From: an uncultured Gammaproteobacteria bacterium | GTDB taxonomy: Bacteria; Patescibacteriota; Microgenomatia; Levybacterales; UBA12049 | Length of the DNA stretch: 61,807 nt | Direction of reading: 5' to 3' | Assembly (NCBI GenBank): GCA_964603935.1 | Contig: CAZRWL010000003.1 | Coordinates: 1-61,807 of the forward strand | Made by a program: the position numbers and the translations under genes | Notes under the pieces: model-generated | The model's database searches: none | Seen by the model: the letters and a program-made list of their open reading frames with translations, nothing else | What the model was told of the DNA's origin: nothing | Part shown: positions 9,989 to 18,002 of the stretch, one piece after another | How the letters are laid out: every line of letters starts with the position of its first letter | How positions within the stretch are numbered: position 1 is the stretch's first letter

Positions 9989-10017
9989 TTGACAATCCAA
10001 AAGCAATATGATATAAA
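9989..10017 (+). promoter_or_regulatory. sigma-70-like promoter (TTGACA-17-TATAAA), 10 nt before ATG 10028
   Basis: The hexamers were read directly: TTGACA at 9989-9994 and TATAAA at 10012-10017. Confidence 0.5.
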
Positions 10018-10027
10018 TGCATTTATT

Positions 10028-10927
10028 ATGGCAGGAACCCCTGAAAAAAGCGCTGCTTCGAATTTAGATCATGAGCAAGCAAAAAGAAAAATAGGAGAAT
10101 TTTACCTAAGAGGAGTGCTCTCCAACGATGAAAGGACAAGAGGCGATAGTCAGAATTTGGAATTTCGGCATGCTATGCAAAAAATGTCCGAAAAGGCAAG
10201 AGTCGGACTTCCATCCTCTTTTATCGAAGATTTGGGCTTAAAGCAATTGGTATGGAAAAAGGTAAGCGGTTATTATCATTTACCTTTAATCCTAACAGGT
10301 TTTCCTGACGGAAAAGAAACTTCTATCAACAACGCTCTGGCAACTATTGAAGTTGCGCAAAGAATAACGAGTTCTGTTCGGCAGCAAACCGAGCCTCTTT
10401 TTTTGCGGATCGCAGGCGTGCATCAAGATGATTCAATAACCGGAAATAAAAGAATTGTTGCCGCAACTTATGATTTAATCGAAAACGGCCGCCTTACTAG
10501 CTTAGATGTTTCGGTATGCAAAGACGAATATCCTCAAGAATCTATTGAGGAAATTGCAGGCAACGGGAATCACAGTCCTCGCCGTTATCGTTTACAAAAC
10601 ATAATGGTGGCCTTACCTTCAGATAGAGAAAAACCATACAAGACAGCCGCACTGGTAACTCCGGGAATGGTTAACGCTATCCGGACAGACGAACCTCCTT
10701 TATACGCATTGTCTATTAAGTTAGATCCTGCAGACAGCTCCTTTTTTGGACCGCCTCATTATAATAACCCTGGCTTTGTCAAGATTATAACCGATAGATT
10801 GGGTTACTACGCAGAAAGAAAAGATGGATTAACAAAAGCCGGATTAACTGAAGAAGGCGCGGAAAAAAGAGGCCTTACTCCTTGGCAAATTTCCATCCCC
10901 GCATCTCTCCCAAAAATCTTAAACTAA
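10028..10927 (+). CDS. hypothetical protein
   Basis: The track ORF starts at 9560, but its first 156 codons are antisense to ORF 9396-9977. ATG 10028 (MAGTPEKS...) sits just after a consensus promoter. Confidence 0.5.
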   Translation: MAGTPEKSAASNLDHEQAKRKIGEFYLRGVLSNDERTRGDSQNLEFRHAMQKMSEKARVGLPSSFIEDLGLKQLVWKKVSGYYHLPLILTGFPDGKETSINNALATIEVAQRITSSVRQQTEPLFLRIAGVHQDDSITGNKRIVAATYDLIENGRLTSLDVSVCKDEYPQESIEEIAGNGNHSPRRYRLQNIMVALPSDREKPYKTAALVTPGMVNAIRTDEPPLYALSIKLDPADSSFFGPPHYNNPGFVKIITDRLGYYAERKDGLTKAGLTEEGAEKRGLTPWQISIPASLPKILN

Positions 10928-10933
10928 AGTAAG

Positions 10934-10961
10934 TGCTTTAATGATTTAAATCATTAAAGCA
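10934..10961. terminator. perfect 28-nt palindrome between convergent genes (possible bidirectional terminator)
   Basis: The sequence tgctttaatgattt/aaatcattaaagca has perfectly complementary arms. No clear U-tract follows it. Confidence 0.45.
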
Positions 10962-11010
10962 AATTCGATGGATAATTCTTTGAAATTAGGATTAGAATTG
11001 CTTGTACTAT

Positions 11011-12090
11011 TTATTGTTTTTGTGTTTGAGGATTGGGGCGGGGCAAAGGCTTCGCCAAAAACTCATCCAGCTCCTGTTCTGTTTTGGGCAGAATTATTCC
11101 TTTTTGATCAAGTTTTGTAAAAAATAACTCATTTGATCTTCTCCTCTTCTTATTTTTACCCTTAACCATAAGCGCAGCATTGTAGATTTCTTCCACGTCC
11201 TTTATATCAAACGCATCTATAATTTTTCTTACAAAAGCGATCTTTTCCCCCCCATCTTTATCTTTTCTGCTGGGATACTTATTTGACAATTCTTTCCAAA
11301 ACCAAGAATCTAACAGCGCCTTTGCAGCCAATTGGTCGCTTACCTCCTTGTCAAATGAATACCTTCTGCGTACCTCGTTTTGAAAATCAAATAAATAAGG
11401 CCTCCTGTTAAATTCTCTTTTCGTATCCAATCCGCTTTGCTGAAAATTCTGACCGACTGCAGTATGCAATGATCCCAAAGTCATAAGAATTTTTAATTCT
11501 TTTTTCTTTTTAAGATTGGGAAAACGCTCCAAAACTTCTTGAATTGCGGGAAACAAATGAGATATCATATAATCTTCTCTTTCTTTATTCAGTTCCGCAA
11601 ATCTTCTGAAGTTTTCTTTAAATGCATTAAACATGTCTGAAAATCCGCCGCGGTAAACAATACTATTTAAGGTTTTATTGTATTCCTTCATGATAGGATG
11701 ACCGGCAGGCAAATCTATTATCGTAATTGGTTTAAGAGAATTTCGGATTGCCCTAATTTGCTCAGCGAAAAAGCCACCGTTTCTTGAAAAACCCAGAATC
11801 ATATCTGTGGGATTTCTCAACGCTCTTATCCCTCCGAAAGAAAGATCGTTAAACCTTCTTAGAGTTTCCTTGCGCCATCCGCTTGATTCAGGAATGTATA
11901 TGTCTGATTCTTTTAGTCTCTCTCTAAAACCAGCCAAATCTTCTCTAGTCTCATGTCTTGCATAAAGAATATCGATTGATATTTTTGGAAAATCTTTTAG
12001 AGCCTCTTTTTTGATAGCTTGCGCAAATCTTTGTCCTAAATTATTTTCTCCTGTATCTCTTGGAGCTTCTTGAAAACCGCTTCCTTCCAT
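11011..12090 (-). CDS. hypothetical protein, translationally adjacent to recR
   Basis: The ATG lies 1 nt after the recR stop. I recognise no motif. Confidence 0.5.
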   Translation of the reverse strand: MEGSGFQEAPRDTGENNLGQRFAQAIKKEALKDFPKISIDILYARHETREDLAGFRERLKESDIYIPESSGWRKETLRRFNDLSFGGIRALRNPTDMILGFSRNGGFFAEQIRAIRNSLKPITIIDLPAGHPIMKEYNKTLNSIVYRGGFSDMFNAFKENFRRFAELNKEREDYMISHLFPAIQEVLERFPNLKKKKELKILMTLGSLHTAVGQNFQQSGLDTKREFNRRPYLFDFQNEVRRRYSFDKEVSDQLAAKALLDSWFWKELSNKYPSRKDKDGGEKIAFVRKIIDAFDIKDVEEIYNAALMVKGKNKKRRRSNELFFTKLDQKGIILPKTEQELDEFLAKPLPRPNPQTQKQ

Positions 12091-12091
12091 A

Positions 12092-12700
12092 TCAATACTC
12101 CCTTCTCCCTTCCATTGCCCGCTGGAGAGTTAGTTCGTCGGCGTATTCGATGTCCGCGCCAGTCGGCAAACCCCTCCCAATCCTTGTAATTTTGACTTTT
12201 GCATTTTGATTTTTGATTTGCTTTGCAATGTACATCGCTGTTGCTTCTCCTTCCATGGTTGGATTCGTCGCTAAAATGATTTCGCGGATTTCCGACTGAT
12301 CCCCGCTGATTCGATCGAGAAGTTGTTTGATATAAATTTCATCCGGTCCGATATTGTTCAAAGGGTCTATTTTCCCATGCAGAACATGATACACGCCGTG
12401 AAATTTACCATTCTTCTCAAGCGCCAAAACATCCAATGGTTCTTCCACCACGCAGATTATTGACTTATCGCGTTGAGAATCCTCACAAATGTCGCAGGGA
12501 TTTGTTTCCGCAATCGTAAAGCAAGCAGAACAAATTATTGTATTCTTTTTAAGATTTTGGATTGCCTGAGAAAAACTGTCCAACTCATTTTGCGGAACAT
12601 GCAATAAATAAAAAGTAAGTCTTTGGGCTGTTTTTTGGCCAATGCCCGGCAGCTTTTCAAAAGACTCAATCAAGTTTTGTATCGCCTTCGGAATCTTCAT
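12092..12700 (-). CDS. recR: recombination protein RecR
   Basis: LPGIGQKTAQRLTFYLL HhH motif, a C4 zinc finger (CSACFTI...CDIC) and a Toprim region. Confidence 0.95.
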   Translation of the reverse strand: MKIPKAIQNLIESFEKLPGIGQKTAQRLTFYLLHVPQNELDSFSQAIQNLKKNTIICSACFTIAETNPCDICEDSQRDKSIICVVEEPLDVLALEKNGKFHGVYHVLHGKIDPLNNIGPDEIYIKQLLDRISGDQSEIREIILATNPTMEGEATAMYIAKQIKNQNAKVKITRIGRGLPTGADIEYADELTLQRAMEGRREY

Positions 12701-12714
12701 AATATCTCCCTCGT

Positions 12715-12784
12715 GTCATTCCGAACTTGTTTCGGAATCTCAATTTTAAAATACGAGATGCTGAAATAAATTCAGCATGACACC
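12715..12784. repeat. REP-A element (variant lacking the central hairpin)
   Basis: gtcattccgaacttgtttcggaatctc ... gagatgctgaaataaattcagcatgacacc. It has two terminal hairpins in inverted orientation. Confidence 0.75.
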
Positions 12785-12792
12785 GTTAAAAT

Positions 12793-13692
12793 TCAGGATG
12801 ACAACGATGTGGCAATCAAATTGCTTACTGACAATATTTCAAGCTTGGGAAACCTTTTTTCAACTGGCGCAAAAATCGTATCTGTTACGAAAACTTTTTT
12901 AACCTCTGACTCCTGAAGAATTTTTGGCGCTTTATCTGAAAATACAGGATGGGTTGCAAAAACATATATTTCTTTTACTCCTTGTTTTTTCAAAATTTTT
13001 GCAGCCAAAGCAATGGTGCCTCCGCTTGAAATCATATCGTCAACTATGATTGCCCTTTCCCCAATTTTCCCCTCAATTTTATTTGCGGTAACTTTTCCGG
13101 TTGCCAGATCTCTGTTTTTTTCAATAACCGCAAAGGGCATACCGCCAAGCATTTTTGAAAGAATTTTTATTCTCCTTATTCCCCCCATGTCCGGAGAAAC
13201 AAGCGTTGTCGAATTTTTATCCCATTTTTTATCTTTTATATATTTGGCAAAAATTGACAAAGCGGATAAATGAATAACGGAAATATTGAAAGCTTCTTCT
13301 ATTTTTACTGAATGTAAGTCTACCGCAATCAGCTTGTTTATTCCAAGCAATTCCAAAATCTCGGCAATAACTTTGACGGAAACAGCTTCTCCTTCGCGAA
13401 ACATATGGTCTTGTCTCTGGTAACCAAAATACGCAATAACGACAGCTATGGATTTAGCGCCGGCTCTTTTTAACGCATCCAGAATGAAAAATAACTGCAT
13501 GTAATTTTCATCTGTGGGGAAAGAAGCTGACTGAACCACAAAAACATCCTCGCCCAAAACTTTTTCCAAAACCCTTACTCTTTTCTCCCCATCGGGAAAC
13601 ACAAAAACTTCCAAATCGGAAAGTTTTAAGCCTAAATCTTTGGCGATTTTTTCAGCTAAAGGTTTATTCGAAGTCCCGCTAAAAATCTTCAT
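12793..13692 (-). CDS. prs: ribose-phosphate pyrophosphokinase
   Basis: Typical PRPP synthetase pattern, including the PRPP-binding loop IIVDDMISSGGT. Confidence 0.95.
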   Translation of the reverse strand: MKIFSGTSNKPLAEKIAKDLGLKLSDLEVFVFPDGEKRVRVLEKVLGEDVFVVQSASFPTDENYMQLFFILDALKRAGAKSIAVVIAYFGYQRQDHMFREGEAVSVKVIAEILELLGINKLIAVDLHSVKIEEAFNISVIHLSALSIFAKYIKDKKWDKNSTTLVSPDMGGIRRIKILSKMLGGMPFAVIEKNRDLATGKVTANKIEGKIGERAIIVDDMISSGGTIALAAKILKKQGVKEIYVFATHPVFSDKAPKILQESEVKKVFVTDTIFAPVEKRFPKLEILSVSNLIATSLSS

Positions 13693-13697
13693 TAAAA

Positions 13698-13982
13698 TTA
13701 TTGCCCTCCTCCCAAAAGACCGCTTAATCCTCCCTGCATTTGGGAAAGTTTCTTAGCTGCAACTTCCTGAGATTTTTTGATCGCTTCGTTAACTGCGTCT
13801 CTTATATCATTGTCCGATTGCCCGTTGGATGAAAGTTCTTTTATCTTCTGGTCTCCGGAAATAACAATATGTACGCCGTTTTTATCAACAACCACTTCTT
13901 CTCCCTGAAGTTCTCTTTGGATCTGCATAGCCTGATCGCGCATTCTTTTAATATCTCCCAGTTGTTTAAATGGATTTATCAT
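13698..13982 (-). CDS. ybaB: YbaB/EbfC family nucleoid-associated protein
   Basis: MINPFKQLGDIKRMRDQAMQIQ... matches YbaB. The track start at 14012 lies inside REP-A, whereas ATG 13982 is preceded by GAGGTGA. Confidence 0.85.
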   Translation of the reverse strand: MINPFKQLGDIKRMRDQAMQIQRELQGEEVVVDKNGVHIVISGDQKIKELSSNGQSDNDIRDAVNEAIKKSQEVAAKKLSQMQGGLSGLLGGGQ

Positions 13983-14007
13983 AATCTTCTCACCTCGCAT
14001 TCTTAAT

Positions 14008-14096
14008 GTCATGCTGAACTTGTTTCAGCATCTCCTTTGACTGCAAACAAGTCTGCCTGCTGGCAGGAGATCCTGAAATGAATTCAGGATGACACC
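14008..14096. repeat. REP-A element (complete tri-hairpin copy)
   Basis: Three hairpins: gtcatgctgaacttgtttcagcatctc, then ctgcctgctggcagg, then gagatcctgaaatgaattcaggatgacacc. Confidence 0.85.
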
Positions 14097-14102
14097 GATA
14101 GG

Positions 14103-15629
14103 TTACTTACTTTTCAAAACTACTTCTATTCTAACATTTTTCTTCGTAACATCTTTTATTGTTTTATTCAATATCTCCTGCGTTTTTGGCTCGCTTAATT
14201 TATCTTTATGAAATTTGAAATTGGTTTCTAAAATTAAACTTTTATTATCATAACTTTTTATTCTGCATCCGCGCAAGACCCCGGCTATAGAATGATTGTA
14301 AGCTTTTACTTTGTCTATCAGCGCGTTCCACAACGCATCATTCTCGCTGTATTTTGTCATGTCTTGTTGGGTAACGTTAAGCGGAACATCGGGCAAACGG
14401 GTGGCGGACAAAGGTGGACGGGTGGCAGAAGAGGAAGGGCTCCCGACAACGCGGACTGAGCTTGACGAAGGAGCATTGGCGGGAGGGAAACTTCTGACAG
14501 GACCCGATCCCACAACGGCCAAACCCCACTCGACGATTACTAACTCCAAAGGAATTTGCGGCAGAACTGCGTACTTTAATTCACCATACGCTTTTGACAA
14601 CAACTCTATTAGTTTTTTTACCTCCCCCATTTCCAAACTTGTCTGCGCTGCGAAACCCAAACGCTCTGACAAATTCTGAACTTCTGCTTTTAACAATAGG
14701 CTATTGTGCAAGGACTCAATAAGATTTTGCATAAAATGTCCAATGTCTATTCCTTCACCTACAAGCTTTGCAACTCCCTCCAAAGCGCTTTTTGTCTCTT
14801 TATTTTCAAAATTTCTTATCATTTGCGCTATTTGATATTCCATACTTGAGATTTTATGCTTGCTTTCAATCAAGTCTTTCGTAATCTTACCGTCTTTGGA
14901 AATTTGGGCCATCTCTTCCAAAATTTTTACCCCGTCCCTGAAACTTCCATCCGAAAGTCCGGCAATTAAGCTTAAAGCCTCTTTATCCGCAATTAAACCT
15001 TCTTTTTTTATTATTCTTTCGAATGACCTGACCAATTCTCCTCTTGTCGCTTTTTTGAATTGTATGCGCAAACAACGGGACAAAATCGTGTCGGGAACTT
15101 TGTGAGATTCAGTTGTGCAAAGAATAAAGACCACATGACTTGGAGGTTCTTCCAAAGTCTTAAGAAGCGCGTTAAATGCCTCCGTAGTTAACATGTGGAC
15201 TTCATCAATGATATAAACTTTTTTGCGCGCGCTTATCGGCGAAAGCTTTACTTTTTCACGCAGATCTCTTATCTCATCTATTCCCCTGTTAGAGGCTCCG
15301 TCTATTTCCAGAATATCCAAATTAGTTCCATTTGTAATGGACTTGCATTGATCGCACTTGTTGCACGGCTCCACATTAGCGTTAAGCGTTAAGGGTGAAG
15401 AGTGAAGGTTTTTTTTGTCTTTCCCCTTTCCGCTTTCCCCTTTCCCTTCACAATTAAGGGCCTTTGCGATAATCCGGGCAGTTGATGTTTTTCCCAGACC
15501 TTTGGGACCTGTGAAAAGAAAAGCATGCGAAATTTCGGAGCTCTCCAAAACACTATGGAGCTTATCTCTAACCTCTTTACTGTCTAATTCATCTATTGTC
15601 TGCGGACGGTATTTTCGATAAAAAACCAT
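14103..15629 (-). CDS. dnaX: DNA polymerase III subunit gamma/tau
   Basis: Walker A GPKGLGKTS, zinc module NC...EPCNKCDQC, and SRC motif SRCLRIQF. It carries REP-B and REP-D in-frame inserts. Confidence 0.95.
   Translation of the reverse strand: MVFYRKYRPQTIDELDSKEVRDKLHSVLESSEISHAFLFTGPKGLGKTSTARIIAKALNCEGKGESGKGKDKKNLHSSPLTLNANVEPCNKCDQCKSITNGTNLDILEIDGASNRGIDEIRDLREKVKLSPISARKKVYIIDEVHMLTTEAFNALLKTLEEPPSHVVFILCTTESHKVPDTILSRCLRIQFKKATRGELVRSFERIIKKEGLIADKEALSLIAGLSDGSFRDGVKILEEMAQISKDGKITKDLIESKHKISSMEYQIAQMIRNFENKETKSALEGVAKLVGEGIDIGHFMQNLIESLHNSLLLKAEVQNLSERLGFAAQTSLEMGEVKKLIELLSKAYGELKYAVLPQIPLELVIVEWGLAVVGSGPVRSFPPANAPSSSSVRVVGSPSSSATRPPLSATRLPDVPLNVTQQDMTKYSENDALWNALIDKVKAYNHSIAGVLRGCRIKSYDNKSLILETNFKFHKDKLSEPKTQEILNKTIKDVTKKNVRIEVVLKSK
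14420..14505. repeat. REP-B element (86-bp GC-rich), in-frame inside dnaX
   Basis: gggtggcagaagaggaagggctcccgacaacgcggactgagcttgacgaaggagcattggcgggagggaaacttctgacaggaccc aligns to 47968-48055 with only a handful of mismatches. Confidence 0.85.
15377..15450. repeat. REP-D element (LTLNA family), in-frame inside the dnaX zinc module
   Basis: tagcgttaagcgttaagggtgaagagtgaagg...ctttcccctttccgctttcccctttcccttcac. It encodes GKGESGKGKDKKNLHSSPLTLNA between NC and EPC. Confidence 0.6.
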
Positions 15630-15645
15630 ATCTTATTATTCCTTG

Positions 15646-15764
15646 TCATGCTGAACTGCGCCACCTCCGCTGAGGAAAGTCCTCTTGGAGGATTTCAGCA
15701 TCTTATTATAGTAAAGAAGCCTGCCTGTTGGCAGGAGATCCCGAAATAAATTCGGGATGACACC
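15646..15764. repeat. REP-A element with a nested ~38-nt insertion in the first hairpin loop
   Basis: Sequence reads gtcatgctgaa[ctgcgccacctccgctgaggaaagtcctcttggaggat]ttcagcatc ... ctgcctgttggcagg ... gagatcccgaaataaattcgggatgacacc. Confidence 0.8.
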
Positions 15765-15766
15765 GA

Positions 15767-16156
15767 TTAAGTCTCATGGTTTATACCCAAAAGATGCAGT
15801 AATCCATGCTCAATCAACTCATCCACCTTGTCATCAACCAAAACTTCTTCTTCCGATGCTTCTTTAATAACTTGAGGATAGGATATAACTATATCTCCAA
15901 GTCTCAAAATTTCACTCGGAAGATACGTTGATTCTCCTTCAGATAAGGAAAAGGATAAAATATTTCTTGTTTTATCCTCTCCCTTGTATTTAAGACTCAA
16001 AGCGCGCATTTTCCTGTCTCCGACAATAGCAACCGAAACCTCAACCGGGCCTTTGATTTCGTGTTGCGTTAATATCTTGAAAACAGTTTTTTTTATGCGT
16101 TTCCTATTAACCTTATACCTGCTTTCTACGAAAATGGGGATATTAACCTGCTCCAT
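15767..16156 (-). CDS. ybeY: rRNA maturation RNase YbeY
   Basis: C-terminal HGLLHLLGINHE metal-binding motif (HxxxHxxxxxH). Confidence 0.85.
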   Translation of the reverse strand: MEQVNIPIFVESRYKVNRKRIKKTVFKILTQHEIKGPVEVSVAIVGDRKMRALSLKYKGEDKTRNILSFSLSEGESTYLPSEILRLGDIVISYPQVIKEASEEEVLVDDKVDELIEHGLLHLLGINHET

Positions 16157-16159
16157 AAG

Positions 16160-16354
16160 TTATTGGTTGATGTATGCCCGCTGTTTTTTAAGCCGGCGGT
16201 TATCCTGAATCTTCTGCTTGCGGGCAAGAGATGGCTTTAAATAAAAAGCGCGTCTTTTCGCCTCAGGAATTATTCCCTCATTCACAACTTTTCTTTGAAA
16301 TTTTCGGATAAGCGTATCATCACTGTCCCCCGGCATTCTTCTCACTGTTACCAT
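16160..16354 (-). CDS. rpsU: 30S ribosomal protein S21
   Basis: 64 aa and basic. The pattern LIRKFQRKVVNEGI...KRRAFYLKPSLARKQK is S21-like. Confidence 0.85.
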   Translation of the reverse strand: MVTVRRMPGDSDDTLIRKFQRKVVNEGIIPEAKRRAFYLKPSLARKQKIQDNRRLKKQRAYINQ

Positions 16355-16377
16355 AATTCAACACCACCATTCTCAAT

Positions 16378-16465
16378 GTCATGCCGAATTTATTTCGGCA
16401 TCTCCTAGATACTAAGCAAACCTGTCTACTGGCAGGAGATCCTGAAATAAATTCAGGATGACACC
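16378..16465. repeat. REP-A element (complete)
   Basis: gtcatgccgaatttatttcggcatctc ... ctgtctactggcagg ... gagatcctgaaataaattcaggatgacacc. Confidence 0.85.
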
Positions 16466-16530
16466 AGCAAAACTATATTCTTATTTTACTCCAAACCCAA
16501 AACAGAGTAAATACCCAATCCTTTTAAATT

Positions 16531-16559
16531 TTGCAAGCGCAACTCATTTTTGCTATACT
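16531..16559 (+). promoter_or_regulatory. sigma-70-like promoter (TTGCAA-17-TATACT), 8 nt before ATG 16568
   Basis: The hexamers were read directly. The spacing implies a leaderless or near-leaderless mRNA. Confidence 0.5.
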
Positions 16560-16567
16560 TTACGACT

Positions 16568-17548
16568 ATGGGATTACTACAAGAAGGGTTAAGACCAATT
16601 GAAATACAGCCAACTTTTTCTGGTATAAACCCTGGCTTTCAAGAAGCAACATGTAATCCACCTTTAATAAAAGAAGCCGGGCAAGAAGCAAGACTTCGCG
16701 AGCTTTCCCAACTGTTTTTTGCTGAACAAAACAAGGAAGAAGGTCCTGAAAAACAACCGCAAAGTCAAACCTCAAGAAGAGGCGGTTTTGAGCCATTTGT
16801 TAATCCGGAACCCACAGAAAACCCCCTCTTTATAAATGGTTATACTGGAAGTTTTGCACAACAGATGGAATTGAACCGAAAAGGTATTGAAAGAGTTTTA
16901 AAAATTGCTCATCTTGACGGAAAAGCTATCCTTACTTCTCTTAATCCTCTTCGCCAAAGATCAATAGAGGCAAATCCTGATGGCTCTGTTACAAGAAAAC
17001 GATTTCTCCTCTTTGGAGAAAAAATAAAAGATGAGGACATCAATCCTCTTCGCCGAGTAGTATCAACTCTGGAAGGTTGGAGAATAGAGATAAATGACAC
17101 AGGGATCAGAGAGGAACTGGAAAAGAAAAACCTAACCGGCAAAAAACTGCAAACTGAATTTATTCAACAATTCAACAGACAGTTCAAGCGAGGAATTTTG
17201 GAATCTATTTGGAGAGAAAAGCTTTCAAGTGAAAAAGACAGAAATTTTAGACAGAGACTTTTTTATTCTACTGTACCACCACTTCCCTATGCTTTACTAA
17301 AATTACTAAAGGGAGCAACAATGGATATTCCTGCAATTGAAGGTATTATCCTTGGCGCTCTTTCTGTCTTCGCGATCATTAATATTATCGGCAGAAAAAT
17401 ACCAATGCTACCCCATAGAATTAATGTAGACTCCCCTATTGAGATTTTTATGCCCTATGTTGAAATTGATAAAGTTATAAGATCAGCATTCTTTCTTGGC
17501 GTAAAAAGCAGTACTCTTATTAAAGAAAGAAAACCAGAAGTAAAATAA
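16568..17548 (+). CDS. hypothetical protein with C-terminal TM segment
   Basis: The ORF is trimmed to ATG 16568, immediately after a promoter. No motif recognised. Confidence 0.5.
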   Translation: MGLLQEGLRPIEIQPTFSGINPGFQEATCNPPLIKEAGQEARLRELSQLFFAEQNKEEGPEKQPQSQTSRRGGFEPFVNPEPTENPLFINGYTGSFAQQMELNRKGIERVLKIAHLDGKAILTSLNPLRQRSIEANPDGSVTRKRFLLFGEKIKDEDINPLRRVVSTLEGWRIEINDTGIREELEKKNLTGKKLQTEFIQQFNRQFKRGILESIWREKLSSEKDRNFRQRLFYSTVPPLPYALLKLLKGATMDIPAIEGIILGALSVFAIINIIGRKIPMLPHRINVDSPIEIFMPYVEIDKVIRSAFFLGVKSSTLIKERKPEVK

Positions 17549-17552
17549 ACTT

Positions 17553-17882
17553 TTACATTTTCGCAGATTTTCCTAGGGGTCCTAAGAGGTGGAAATGCAA
17601 ATGATCAATTAACTGCGCTCCTCCGCCATTTATTGCAATCCTGTATCCTTTATCTTCCAGTCCGAATTTTCTAATCATTTCCTGAGTTATCTTTACTAAC
17701 TTCATCATTAATAATTTATTATTTATCATTAATAAATCTTCAACATGTTTTTTGGGAATAATAAGTAAATGTATTGGCTTTAAAGGATTAATGTCCGGAA
17801 AAACCATCACCCAATCATCTTCATAGGTAAATTCTTTTGGTATTATCCTGTCTCTAATTTTACAAAAAATACAATCAGCCAT
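17553..17882 (-). CDS. HIT family (histidine triad) protein
   Basis: CIFCKI and HLHFHLLG (HxHxHxx). The track start at 17918 lies within REP-C, so ATG 17882 (MADCIFCKI) is preferred. Confidence 0.85.
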   Translation of the reverse strand: MADCIFCKIRDRIIPKEFTYEDDWVMVFPDINPLKPIHLLIIPKKHVEDLLMINNKLLMMKLVKITQEMIRKFGLEDKGYRIAINGGGAQLIDHLHFHLLGPLGKSAKM

Positions 17883-18000
17883 AATACTGCCAATACTACC
17901 AATTTCAAATACTACCAATCAATCATCAAATATAGAATCCAAAATTCTGCGTTAAGTTTTTTTGCATTGATTTGCTTATTGGGTTATTTGTTTATTTGAT
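17883..18000. repeat. REP-C element (AT-rich imperfect palindrome)
   Basis: aatactgccaatactaccaatttcaaatactaccaatcaatcatcaaatatagaat ... tttgcattgatttgcttattgggttatttgtttatt. The left arm is near-identical to 39044-39100. Confidence 0.8.
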
Positions 18001-18002
18001 TA

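Noticed and set aside
9560-10027. N-terminal 156 codons of track ORF 9560-10927.
   Set aside because: The segment is antisense to ORF 9396-9977 and low-complexity. A consensus promoter at 9989-10017 points to ATG 10028 as the real start.
13983-14012. Track N-terminal extensions starting inside repeats or promoters (ybaB 14012, HIT 17918, DHH 18992, proS 21092, thyA 35290, dinJ-like 35999).
   Set aside because: The extra residues are translations of REP-A, REP-C or promoter DNA and are absent from the conserved protein families. Downstream starts fit the homology and the SD or promoter placement.
14311-14679. Antisense ORFs 14311-14679 and 47956-48165, which share the peptide (V)A.EEGLPT.RTE...EGALAGG.
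   Set aside because: Their similarity is simply REP-B read on the opposite strand inside dnaX and folC. Both host genes have strong homology on the minus strand.
15672-15682. GAGGAAAGTCC, identical to the conserved RNase P RNA P4/CR-I motif.
   Set aside because: It lies within a 38-nt insert in a 137-nt spacer. There is no room for, and no sign of, the rest of an RNase P RNA (no CR-V partner or surrounding helices).
12715-16465. Whether the clustered REP-A hairpins constitute a CRISPR array.
   Set aside because: The copies are separated by whole genes of variable length rather than regular ~30-nt spacers. They are internally palindromic multi-hairpin units, and no cas genes are present.
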